Shown: one piece after another, positions 18,036-26,616 of the stretch
Layout: every line of letters starts with the position of its first letter
Position numbering within the stretch: position 1 is the first letter of the stretch
Assembly: GCA_034933245.1 (NCBI GenBank)
Contig: JAYFNX010000015.1
Span: 6,127 to 70,126 of the forward strand
Direction: 5' to 3'
DNA: 64,000 bases
Origin: Candidatus Pelethousia sp.
Lineage (GTDB): Bacteria; Bacillota; Clostridia; Christensenellales; CAG-138
The notes under the pieces: model-generated
Database searches by the model: none
Seen by the model: the letters and a program-made list of their open reading frames with translations, nothing else
What the model was told of the DNA's origin: nothing
Made by a program: the position numbers and the translations under genes

Positions 18036-19895
18036 CTATTCGGCCGGCGTAGAAGCCGGCTTGACATAATTCCGCAAGTAGTTCAAATCCACCCCATAAA
18101 TCAGGCCGCCCCGGGTTCCCACCACCACCATGTTGTTAAACACGGCGGGAGAAGCCTCCACGTTGCTGCCCAGGCTCATCTCGTTAATAATCTCGCCGCT
18201 CTGGCCGTCGACCAGGTGGATGTAGCCGGATTTGTTGCACTGAATGAGATACCCTTTGCCCGCGGTATCATATACCGCCACCGGGGAAGACCAAGGATAC
18301 CCCGCAAAGTTGCACTCCCATTTCACGCTCATATCCGCCGTATTAAGGGCCACCAATTTGCCTTTCATGCCTTCCGTCATTGCCACAGGCACAAAGATGA
18401 GCCCTTCCAGGTCATGCTCGCCAATGGCCAATGTGCCTTGCACACCGCCGGATACCTGGTTGGGGGAGCCGATGGTCTGGCAATGGTAATCCGTGTTTTT
18501 AGCCACGATCTCCCCTGTTACCGCATCAATTTTCCAGATGGGGATAACCGCGGTGCTGTTCTCCTTTGCCCGCCAGCCTGGGTGGAAGGAGGTGGAGGTA
18601 TATACATAAGGATGCTTATCCGGCCCCTCCAGCGCAAGCACAGGCGTGCAGTTGGTATCGTCCAGCGTATCCTGCACCCAAACGGCCTTCATGGTGTTTA
18701 GATCCAGGCAGATCATATGGCCGCCGTTATCCGTAAAAATGGCGTGTCCCCGCCATAGGATGGCACTGTCCTCAATGCCCAGCCACCAGCCTTCCGTGCC
18801 ATCCGCCGTGGCTTTGGAAAGGTTTCGGGTTCCCTTATAATGCCACTTCACCGTTTCCGGAGCGATCGAGATCGTGCCCGCGCTCTGGTCATACTGGGTA
18901 TTGAGCTTAATGGTATAGAGGATACCCGATTCGCCGGGATATATGAGCGTATCCGTTTCCGCATCCACCAAGGCCGAACTGTCGAAGTAGGAAAGATCCC
19001 GCAGGGCGAACCCATCCTGGGAGCCGAATTCATAGAGGATCTTCCCATCGATGAGACTGATGATAAAAGCCCGGCTGCTCCCTTTGCCTGCGGTGGGGCT
19101 ATCATCCCCGCTCCCCACATACATGAGGGGATACCCACGCGGGTCCAAAGCGCCGGCGCCTTTAAAGGGGAAGCCCATGTTGATGGGGTCCCGGGTTTTC
19201 TCGCCCGTATACAGGTTCAAGAAATAGATATGCCCATCCATGGTAGCATAAATTATCTCCACCAGATCCGGGTCGTTCTTGGCCGCGTCATAAAGGTTCA
19301 TGATGCGCTTGGTGGCTTCCGGCCATTTTACCAGAAGGGGTTGGCCCGTCCAACCGCAACCCGTCCAACTGCCGCTACCGTACATTTTCGTGAGGCTGCC
19401 CACGGAAAAAGTCCAAGGTTCGCTTCTCTGCCCCGTGAAGTCTACGGTGCCGTAGGCGGCGGAATTTCGGAAATTATTGCCCCGGAAGGTGATCACGCCC
19501 TCCAGTTCCGTATACTTTTCCCCCTCCAGCAGATCGATGGCTTCCGCCCGGTTATAGCTGGCTGTCTGCGCGCCATTTTCCTCAATCGCCTCTTCCAGTC
19601 CAAAGTCGCTGGGGTTCGTGCCATCCACCGGCGCCGGATTAAAGGCAGGCACAGGCGTGGGCGTAGGCTCCGGCGTTTCCTCGGGCTCAAGCGCAGGTGT
19701 TTGTTTATTGAACAGGCCGCCGATCAAACCCGGTTTGCTTTCCTCATCCGAATCGGGCTTAACCGCTACGCAGGATTTAACCACCAGCACCGCCATTGCG
19801 ATAACCGCAAGCAGCAGCACCAAGAGCAAAATAACCCGTCCAACATGCACCCGCACCCGGCGGCGCCTTCTTCGCTTACCCGTTTGAGAACCCAT
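18036..19895 (-). CDS. membrane-anchored PQQ-like beta-propeller protein
   Basis: Basic N-terminus, TM helix, Pro/Glu/Thr linker; TFRGN, GWTGQP, WSSPV and EASPAV repeats typical of PQQ-type propellers. Confidence 0.75.
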   Translation of the reverse strand: MGSQTGKRRRRRRVRVHVGRVILLLVLLLAVIAMAVLVVKSCVAVKPDSDEESKPGLIGGLFNKQTPALEPEETPEPTPTPVPAFNPAPVDGTNPSDFGLEEAIEENGAQTASYNRAEAIDLLEGEKYTELEGVITFRGNNFRNSAAYGTVDFTGQRSEPWTFSVGSLTKMYGSGSWTGCGWTGQPLLVKWPEATKRIMNLYDAAKNDPDLVEIIYATMDGHIYFLNLYTGEKTRDPINMGFPFKGAGALDPRGYPLMYVGSGDDSPTAGKGSSRAFIISLIDGKILYEFGSQDGFALRDLSYFDSSALVDAETDTLIYPGESGILYTIKLNTQYDQSAGTISIAPETVKWHYKGTRNLSKATADGTEGWWLGIEDSAILWRGHAIFTDNGGHMICLDLNTMKAVWVQDTLDDTNCTPVLALEGPDKHPYVYTSTSFHPGWRAKENSTAVIPIWKIDAVTGEIVAKNTDYHCQTIGSPNQVSGGVQGTLAIGEHDLEGLIFVPVAMTEGMKGKLVALNTADMSVKWECNFAGYPWSSPVAVYDTAGKGYLIQCNKSGYIHLVDGQSGEIINEMSLGSNVEASPAVFNNMVVVGTRGGLIYGVDLNYLRNYVKPASTPAE

Positions 19896-19938
19896 TTGTT
19901 TACCTCGTTTTATTGTAGATAATTTCATTGCCTGTTAA

Positions 19939-19967
19939 ATTATACCCCACTTGCATCCATCAGACAA
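19939..19967 (-). promoter_or_regulatory. sigma-A promoter of the propeller-hflX-tmk unit
   Basis: Minus strand TTGTCT-17-TATAAT. Confidence 0.65.
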
Positions 19968-20006
19968 GCGCGCGGGACTCATGTGCCATGAATATTATGT
20001 AAACGT

Positions 20007-20044
20007 ATGCAAAGGGCCTCCGATAAACCGAAGGCCCTTTGCAT
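20007..20044 (-). terminator. hairpin after the small membrane gene
   Basis: ATGCAAAGGGCCT / AGGCCCTTTGCAT inverted repeat. Confidence 0.65.
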
Positions 20045-20100
20045 GGCGCTTATTAAATTTATATTATCCCGTGGGAAGGGATACGAAGAAAAACAGGCCT

Positions 20101-20310
20101 TCAGGCTGCCAGGGAATCATCCATTGTGGAAATATAAAGTGCCCGCCTGCGGCGTTGCGCCTGCCGGCCGGCCTGCCGCATTGCCCGCCGCCGGGCGGCA
20201 AAGGCGCGGCGCCGCCGTTCTTGGGCGGCCTCCCGGAAGGAAAAGGCGCCTAAAAGCCCCAGCAAAATACCGGGAAGCATAAAAGTAAAGAACAGCCCAA
20301 AGTAATTCAT
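20101..20310 (-). CDS. 69-aa single-TM, Arg-rich protein with C-terminal LAA
   Basis: RBS AGGAGG then ATG20310: MNYFGLFFTFMLPGILLGLLGAFSF-REAAQERRRR...DDSLAA; has its own consensus promoter and a terminator. Confidence 0.75.
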   Translation of the reverse strand: MNYFGLFFTFMLPGILLGLLGAFSFREAAQERRRRAFAARRRAMRQAGRQAQRRRRALYISTMDDSLAA

Positions 20311-20391
20311 AAGTATCCTCCTGGGATATTTCAAAGAATTTTTAAGTTTCCAGCATCGTCCTTCAAAGTTTCCTGTGTTCTTATTAGGGCC

Positions 20392-20420
20392 ATTATAATA
20401 TCTTTTTAAGATACTGTCAA
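20392..20420 (-). promoter_or_regulatory. consensus sigma-A promoter whose spacer is a palindromic operator (O1)
   Basis: Minus strand TTGACA-GTATCTTAAAAAGATAT-TATAAT; the 17-bp spacer is GTATCT-N5-AGATAT. Confidence 0.85.
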
Positions 20421-20461
20421 TGCTATTTTTGGCAATTTGTAGATATGTTTTTGATTTCATC

Positions 20462-20490
20462 TTGTTTTTTGTTTCTGTTTGAGATACAAT
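20462..20490 (+). promoter_or_regulatory. repressor promoter overlapped by a second operator (O2)
   Basis: TTGTTT-17-TACAAT; GTTTCT-N5-AGATAC at 20471-20487. Confidence 0.7.
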
Positions 20491-20525
20491 CAACAAGATA
20501 CCTTTGAATTGTTTAAGGAGGCTAT

Positions 20526-21164
20526 ATGAACCGTTTAAAAGAGCTGCGGCGCGCCCATGGGCTTACCCAGGAGGATGTTGCGCAAACCGTAGGGGTGCAA
20601 AAGGCAGCCATTTGTAAATATGAAACGGACCGTGTTTCCATTCCCCCGGATACCCTTATGATTCTATGTGATTTTTTCGGTGTTTCGGCGGATTATATGC
20701 TATGCCGTGCGCAGAGCGCCGGCCATCCTCTTTCTAAAACAACGGCTTCTCTTTCCGGGCTTTTTCTTCCCAACGATGATGCGGTGGTTGGCGTGCCGCT
20801 TGTAGGCCGGGTGCATGCGGGGCTCCCCATGCTCGCGAATGAAAACATAACCGAATATGTTCCCCTTCCCGCCGCAGATGTTCGCGCCGGGGATTACTTC
20901 TATATGGAAGTAGAAGGGGATTGTATGATAGGCGCATGCATCCCGGAAGGCGCGCTTGTGCTTGTGCGTATACAGGACCGTGTGGAAAACGGCCAGATCG
21001 CCGTGGTACGCTTGGGGGACGAGGTGCTTCTGCGCAAGGTGAAATGGGTAAGCGGGCAACTGGTGCTCATTCCGGCCAACACCCGCTATGAACCCATCAT
21101 TGTGGCCGGAGGGGATGTGCAGATTATCGGGCGGGTCGTAGAAGTTCGCATCCGGGGGCTATGA
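20526..21164 (+). CDS. XRE-HTH / peptidase S24 (LexA/CI-like) repressor with atypical catalytic residues
   Basis: RLKELRR..GLTQEDVA...YE HTH; VPLVGRVHAGLP (Ala-Gly site); GDCM in place of GDSM; EVLLRK in place of E.TVKR; L.PAN.RYEPI. Confidence 0.9.
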   Translation: MNRLKELRRAHGLTQEDVAQTVGVQKAAICKYETDRVSIPPDTLMILCDFFGVSADYMLCRAQSAGHPLSKTTASLSGLFLPNDDAVVGVPLVGRVHAGLPMLANENITEYVPLPAADVRAGDYFYMEVEGDCMIGACIPEGALVLVRIQDRVENGQIAVVRLGDEVLLRKVKWVSGQLVLIPANTRYEPIIVAGGDVQIIGRVVEVRIRGL

Positions 21165-21217
21165 GAATGATTTCCCTTGTGATATGCTACTATTATCAAC
21201 TATTTTGAGGTGTGAGA

Positions 21218-22303
21218 ATGAGCAAGGTTTTATTTGCCCCCTTGGGGTTTACCCGCTATGATATTGACCAAACCCTCCCTGCCCGTTTTGAACGGCTTTT
21301 GAAAAAGAGCGAAATTGCGGACATGGTGCAGGGCAAAACAGTGGCCGTTAAAATCCATGTGGGTGACAGGATGACGTATTCTACAATCCCCCCCATTTTT
21401 CTGCGCATTCTGGTCGGGTTTATAAGGGATCATGGCGGAGATTGCTTCGTATGCGACCATGCCGTGGCCGAGCGACAGCCTCAAAACCGGGGTTACACCG
21501 AATCCATCCTGGGTTGCCCGGTTCTGGATGACTGTGGCCACCTGCAAAAATATTATTATACGAAGGAAGTGGATTTTCGTTCTTTCCGCCATGTGGACAT
21601 TGCGGGCTATATTCACGATGCCGATGTTCTCATCGACTTCTCGCACGTGAAAGGCCATGGGTGCTGTGCCTATGGCGGCGCCTGCAAAAACATTGCCATG
21701 GGATGTGTTACAACCCGCACGCGCCAGGAGCAGCATTCTTTGGAGGGAGGCCTCATATGGGAGGAAGATAAATGCGTGCACTGCAATGCCTGTGTGGAAG
21801 GCTGTAACCACCATGCCAACGGCTTCGCGGAGGACGGGCAATATCGGGTGGATTATCACAACTGCACCCTTTGCCGGCATTGTCTTAAGGTGTGTCCTAC
21901 AGGCGCTATTTCCGCCACGGATCATAATTATGCCGATTTTCAGCAAGGCTTGGCGCTCTGCACCAAAACGGTGCTGGATACCTTTGCTCCCGGCCACGTA
22001 TATTACCTAAACCTCCTCACGCAAATTACCATCCTATGTGACTGTTGGGGGCTCACGACCCCGGGGTTGGTTCCGGATATCGGCCTGATGGGCTCCACGG
22101 ATATTGTCTCCATCGAGCAGGCCTCGTTGGATGCCATCAAGGTGGAAAACCTGATCCCCGCGGGCCTTCCCCAAGGTTTTCCGCTGGGTGACCATGGCCA
22201 TCTCTTCGAGCGTATTCATGGCAAAGATCCCTTTGTGCAAATTGCCATGCTGGAAAAATACGGTTTGGGCACCAGCGCATATGATCTAGTGGAAATAAAG
22301 TAG
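21218..22303 (+). CDS. DUF362 domain protein with 2[4Fe-4S] ferredoxin insert
   Basis: VAVKIHVG, SHVKGH, YGGACKNIAMGC, CxxCxxCxxxC twice, CDC, DIG..STDIVSIEQAS. Confidence 0.85.
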   Translation: MSKVLFAPLGFTRYDIDQTLPARFERLLKKSEIADMVQGKTVAVKIHVGDRMTYSTIPPIFLRILVGFIRDHGGDCFVCDHAVAERQPQNRGYTESILGCPVLDDCGHLQKYYYTKEVDFRSFRHVDIAGYIHDADVLIDFSHVKGHGCCAYGGACKNIAMGCVTTRTRQEQHSLEGGLIWEEDKCVHCNACVEGCNHHANGFAEDGQYRVDYHNCTLCRHCLKVCPTGAISATDHNYADFQQGLALCTKTVLDTFAPGHVYYLNLLTQITILCDCWGLTTPGLVPDIGLMGSTDIVSIEQASLDAIKVENLIPAGLPQGFPLGDHGHLFERIHGKDPFVQIAMLEKYGLGTSAYDLVEIK

Positions 22304-22346
22304 ATACGGATTAGCATGAACCCGATTACCGGCATGTATAAACTTC

Positions 22347-22383
22347 AAAACCGGAAGGCGTAACATTGGCGCCTTCCGGTTTT
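22347..22383. terminator. bidirectional intrinsic terminator
   Basis: AAAACCGGAAGGCG / CGCCTTCCGGTTTT between convergent genes. Confidence 0.8.
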
Positions 22384-22413
22384 CTTGGCTTATGAATAGA
22401 ATGGGAAAGGTCT

Positions 22414-23589
22414 TTATAGAGCCAGTCGGTATATTTCCTCTATTTTTTCTTGATCCAAGGGAATGATGCACGGCAGAACGATTTTTCCGTCTTCGGTGCA
22501 GTTTGCCGCCAAGGTGGGAATCTGCTTTTCCGTAAAGCCCATCTCCCCAAGGCGGGTCGGCATACCGATGGAGCGGAAGTATGTCTCCGTCCGTTCGATG
22601 CCCGCCTGGGCCGTGCGTTCGGGATGATAAAAATCCATCTCGCATCCCCAAATTCGCACCGCGTATTGGGAAAACCGCGCTAAGTCATAGCGGTAAAGGT
22701 ATTTCATATACGCAGGCCAGATCACGGCCAGCCCGGCCCCATGGGTTACCGTGGTATCCATCGCGCTCATTTCTTGCTGCAAACGATGGGCGCCCATAAA
22801 ATATTTACGGCCGGTGCTCATAAGACCGTTGTGGGAAAGCGTACCCGCCCACATAAGGGTGGCGCGGGCTTCATAATCCCTTGGATCCTGCAGCGCTTTG
22901 CGGCCCGCGGCAATGACCGATCGCAGCAGCGCCTCCGCCATGCCGTCCAGCAGCGCATTTTCGCCGCTAAGGGAAATATAGCGTTCCGCCGTGTGCATCA
23001 TGATATCGGTAATCCCCGCCGCCGTTTGGTAGGGCGGCAAGGTATAGGTTAGTTCAGGATTGAGGATGGCAAAACAAGGCCGGTTCAGCGGGCTGGAGAA
23101 CCCCAGCTTCCTGCCCAGCTCTTCGTTGGTGAGCACAGCAGATTCGCTGCCCTCGCTCCCCGTGGCGGAAATGGTTAAAATCACCCCCAATGGGAGAGCT
23201 TTCTCAGCCTGCACCTCCCGTTTTACAATCGCCCAGGGGTCCGCCCCCGTGCCCACGGCTATGGCCGCCAGTTTGGCGGAATCGATTACGCTGCCTCCAC
23301 CCACGGCCAGGATAAAATCCACTCCATTTTCGCGGATAACCTCCACGGTTTTTCGGCAAAATGCCAAATCGGGATTTGCCTTTACGCCGCCCAACTCCAC
23401 ATAGTCCACGCCGGCATCCCGAAGACTGCCCGTAACCTGCCCATACAGCCCGGTGGAAAAAATACTGCCGGAGCCATAATACAATAAGATCTTTTTCGCC
23501 CCTGCTTTTTTTAGGATCTCTCCTGCCTGCAGATGCGTATCCTTACCAAAATAAAATTTTGTGGGTGTACAAAATACAAAGTTATCCAT
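22414..23589 (-). CDS. iron-containing alcohol dehydrogenase (BdhA/YqhD-like)
   Basis: PTKFYFG, GVKANP, AVGGGSVIDSAK, ATGSE, DIMMH..E, H..Q, HGAGL. Confidence 0.92.
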   Translation of the reverse strand: MDNFVFCTPTKFYFGKDTHLQAGEILKKAGAKKILLYYGSGSIFSTGLYGQVTGSLRDAGVDYVELGGVKANPDLAFCRKTVEVIRENGVDFILAVGGGSVIDSAKLAAIAVGTGADPWAIVKREVQAEKALPLGVILTISATGSEGSESAVLTNEELGRKLGFSSPLNRPCFAILNPELTYTLPPYQTAAGITDIMMHTAERYISLSGENALLDGMAEALLRSVIAAGRKALQDPRDYEARATLMWAGTLSHNGLMSTGRKYFMGAHRLQQEMSAMDTTVTHGAGLAVIWPAYMKYLYRYDLARFSQYAVRIWGCEMDFYHPERTAQAGIERTETYFRSIGMPTRLGEMGFTEKQIPTLAANCTEDGKIVLPCIIPLDQEKIEEIYRLAL

Positions 23590-23641
23590 AATCTTCCTTT
23601 CCCGCTTCTCCGGTTTTATTGCAACCTACCCATCAGACTCC

Positions 23642-24070
23642 TTAGCTGTTGATAATGGCCAAACCCGCCAAGCATAAAACAACGCCCATCACTTGCTTAA
23701 TCCCCAGCGTTTCTTTATAAAGCGAAACGCCAATAATGAGCAGCGCCACCGCTACCGTTATGTTGCACACCAAGGACCCCAAGCTTATCTTCCATCCCGC
23801 TCGGTAAAGGTAAAGATTGCCAGCCTCCAGCCCCACGATGACCAAGCCCAGAACATAACTGGCCCAGTTCAGGCTTTTAAGATTCCGCAGGATATCATGG
23901 CCACCTCCTGCCGAGGCTACATACATAACCAGCGTAAAAGCCGCGCTCACCAGGTAAGTAACGGTGAGGGATAGAAAAGCGTTGATGTTTTGCGGGGTTT
24001 CCTTAGCGCTGATATGGTAGAGCACGTTGCTCCCAACCACAAGTAACGCGGGCCAAATAGAATTCCACAT
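23642..24070 (-). CDS. small EamA/DMT-family transporter
   Basis: About 5 TM helices; NVLYH, NWASY.LG..IVGLE.G..Y.YRAGW.IS; start MWNSI after RBS ACAGGAG. Confidence 0.8.
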   Translation of the reverse strand: MWNSIWPALLVVGSNVLYHISAKETPQNINAFLSLTVTYLVSAAFTLVMYVASAGGGHDILRNLKSLNWASYVLGLVIVGLEAGNLYLYRAGWKISLGSLVCNITVAVALLIIGVSLYKETLGIKQVMGVVLCLAGLAIINS

Positions 24071-24259
24071 GGGTACGATTCTCCTGTCTATTTTGCGGGC
24101 GCGCTTATGCCGGCATATTCGAAACATGCGGCGGCCTGAATGCCATCGACGCCCGCAAACGAACCCACGAAAGGGATTCCTTAAGGCCTGCTTCCATTTC
24201 ACAGCCAGGTACGCGCCCGTCCTTGCGCTGAATAGCGTATTTTTTATTATAATATATGG

Positions 24260-24307
24260 GCTATGGATATGGGAAGGCAGAATTTCCCGCCTTCCCATAT
24301 CCATAGC
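24260..24307 (-). terminator. 19-bp perfect hairpin after galE
   Basis: GCTATGGATATGGGAAGGC / GCCTTCCCATATCCATAGC. Confidence 0.7.
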
Positions 24308-24321
24308 TGCCCGTAGGTTGC

Positions 24322-25320
24322 TTATACACCGTACCCGTTTGGATGATGCTTATGCCAGTTCCATGCAGTCGAAAGAATGGTATGCAGGCCATCCCGGGTG
24401 GGCTTCCATCCCAAAACCGATTTTACTTTTTCGCTGGATGCCACAAGCTGGGCCGGGTCTCCCCGCCGCCGGTCTACAACCTTGGATGGAATGGATGCGC
24501 CCACCACAGCCTCCGCTGCGGCAATAACCTCCTTAACGGTAAATCCCACTCCATTCCCCAAGTTGAATATGTTGCTTCTTTCGCCTGCAAGCAAATAGTC
24601 CGCTGCCAGCAGATGGGCCTGTGCCAAATCCACCACATGGATATAATCCCGCACACAGGTTCCGTCCCGCGTGGGATAATCCTCTCCAAAGATGCTGATA
24701 TACGGCCGTTTCCCGTTGGGCACCTCCAGAATAAGGGGGATAAGATGGGATTCCGGGCTGTGTGCTTCGCCAATTTGCCCATTCTCATGGGCCCCGCAGG
24801 CATTAAAGTACCGTAGGGACACATATCGAAGCCCATAGGCGCCGGCGGCCCAATGCATCATCTGCTCCATGGTCAACTTGGTCCCACCATAGGCGCTGGT
24901 AGGTTCTGTTGGATCGCTCTCCAAAATAGGGATGTTCCTAGGCTCACCATAGGTGGCGGCTGTGGAGGAAAATACGATGTTCTTCACGCCATGCTCCAGC
25001 ATGGAAGCCAGCAATACCCGGGTACCGTTTACATTATTATCATAATAGTTCAAGGGGATCTCCATGCTCTCGCCCACCTGGGAATATGCGGCAAAATGGA
25101 TCACCGCGTTGATGGGTTCCCGCTCAAACAGGTTATCCAAAAAGGCTTTGTCCCGAATATCGCCCTGGTAAAATTTCGCGGCAGGGTCCACGGCTTGTGG
25201 AAATCCTGTTTCCAGGTTATCCACCACCACCACCTCAGCCCCGCTTTCGATGAGCGCCTTCACAGCATGGGAACCGATATAACCGGCGCCTCCCGGCACC
25301 AAAATGCGTTTGTTTGACAT
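24322..25320 (-). CDS. galE: UDP-glucose 4-epimerase
   Basis: GGAGYIGSH, HFAA, FSSTAATYG, YGGTK, LRYFN, DGTCVRDYIHV. Confidence 0.97.
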   Translation of the reverse strand: MSNKRILVPGGAGYIGSHAVKALIESGAEVVVVDNLETGFPQAVDPAAKFYQGDIRDKAFLDNLFEREPINAVIHFAAYSQVGESMEIPLNYYDNNVNGTRVLLASMLEHGVKNIVFSSTAATYGEPRNIPILESDPTEPTSAYGGTKLTMEQMMHWAAGAYGLRYVSLRYFNACGAHENGQIGEAHSPESHLIPLILEVPNGKRPYISIFGEDYPTRDGTCVRDYIHVVDLAQAHLLAADYLLAGERSNIFNLGNGVGFTVKEVIAAAEAVVGASIPSKVVDRRRGDPAQLVASSEKVKSVLGWKPTRDGLHTILSTAWNWHKHHPNGYGV

Positions 25321-25323
25321 GGG

Positions 25324-26610
25324 TTAACCCTCCTCCTTTAAAAGATACCCGCCCACAGGCCGAATGTGCAACCTGCTGCAGCAATCGTGTCCAAAGGCCG
25401 CTTGCATTCTTTTCTCATAGGCGCCGCAAAGCCTGTGGGGCACCAGCGCCTGCATGGTTCCTGCAAAGCCGCCGCCTTGAATGCGCCAAGCTCCCTTGCC
25501 GCCCAGCACCTCTTCGCTCAGCGCCAGGGCCAAGGCCACGCTGCGCTCCTCCGCCATGGGCGCGGGGTATACGTTTTGCAGCCGGTTCATGCTGGAAGCG
25601 CCGGAAGCTAACATAATGGCCTTATATGCCTCCACATTCCGTGCTCCCACGGCCGCGCCCATTTCTACGGTCCGTTTCTCCTCCCCGAAAAAATGCATGG
25701 CCCGCAGCAGCGCCCTGTCCGATACACTCCCCCGCAGGTTCCCCAGCCGGTCATAGAAGTCTTCGGCGTTCACTTGCCTGAGCACACGTTTTCCAAAGCA
25801 GGCCGCCACTTGCTCCATATCCGCGGGGATGGCCGCATATTCCTCCGTAAGCCCCGCATGGCTTCCCCCTGCGTTCACCACATACAGGGCGTGGCCCATG
25901 GCGTCAAAGTCACACTGGATACGCTCCACGCCGGGCTTTGCAGGGTCCTTCAAATCCAATGCCGCTGCTCCGCCCACGGCGGAAGCCAGCTGATCCATCA
26001 GCCCGCAGGGCTTGCCGAAATACCGATTCTCCGCGAACTGGCCCGTTTGCGCAATGCATACCGCTGGAATGCTTCCTTTGTTGTACAAATGGCTGAAAAT
26101 GCTGCCGATGAGCACCTCCAAGGCCGCAGAGGAAGAGAGGCCGCTCCCTGCCGGCACATCGGAAGTCACATAGGCGTCAAACCCTCCCACCGTATAGCCA
26201 AGCTCCCCAAGGCGGGCGGCCATACCCCGAAGGAGAGCCGTCGTGGTTCCTTTCTCCTTTTCCTTAGAAGAAAGCTCCCCAAGCTCCAGCTCCTGGCGGC
26301 CATATCCCCGGCTTTCCAGCCGGATGCGTCCGTCCATCCTGGGAGATGCCACAGCCAATATATCCAATGTAACGGCGGCAGCCAAAATATGGCCATTCTG
26401 GTGGTCCGTATGGTTGCCGCAAAGCTCCGTCCGGCCCGGGGCGGAAAGGATGCATGCGGGAGACTCCGTACCGAAGCTCTCTTCAAACGCCCGGAGGGCC
26501 CCTAGGTGCCGCTCCCGCTGCGCCTCCCCCTCCCCTGCATAAAGCCAGTCCCATTGGGCATCGTATGTTTGGCTTTTTATTTCCTCCGTCCATTCCTTGG
26601 GCAGTCGCAT
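25324..26610 (-). CDS. galK: galactokinase (GHMP family)
   Basis: SAPGRTEL.GNHTDH, PAGSGLSSSAA, GKPCGLMDQ, GGGFAG. Confidence 0.93.
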   Translation of the reverse strand: MRLPKEWTEEIKSQTYDAQWDWLYAGEGEAQRERHLGALRAFEESFGTESPACILSAPGRTELCGNHTDHQNGHILAAAVTLDILAVASPRMDGRIRLESRGYGRQELELGELSSKEKEKGTTTALLRGMAARLGELGYTVGGFDAYVTSDVPAGSGLSSSAALEVLIGSIFSHLYNKGSIPAVCIAQTGQFAENRYFGKPCGLMDQLASAVGGAAALDLKDPAKPGVERIQCDFDAMGHALYVVNAGGSHAGLTEEYAAIPADMEQVAACFGKRVLRQVNAEDFYDRLGNLRGSVSDRALLRAMHFFGEEKRTVEMGAAVGARNVEAYKAIMLASGASSMNRLQNVYPAPMAEERSVALALALSEEVLGGKGAWRIQGGGFAGTMQALVPHRLCGAYEKRMQAAFGHDCCSRLHIRPVGGYLLKEEG

Positions 26611-26616
26611 GGTCTT

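Noticed and set aside
20526-21164. Prophage or ICE marked by a CI-like repressor
   Set aside because: No integrase, Cro-like HTH, replication, structural genes or att-like repeats nearby; the flanks are housekeeping and metabolic genes.
20526-21164. Canonical lexA call
   Set aside because: The N-terminus is an XRE HTH rather than the LexA winged helix, no CGAAC-N4-GTTCG box is present, and the catalytic residues differ.
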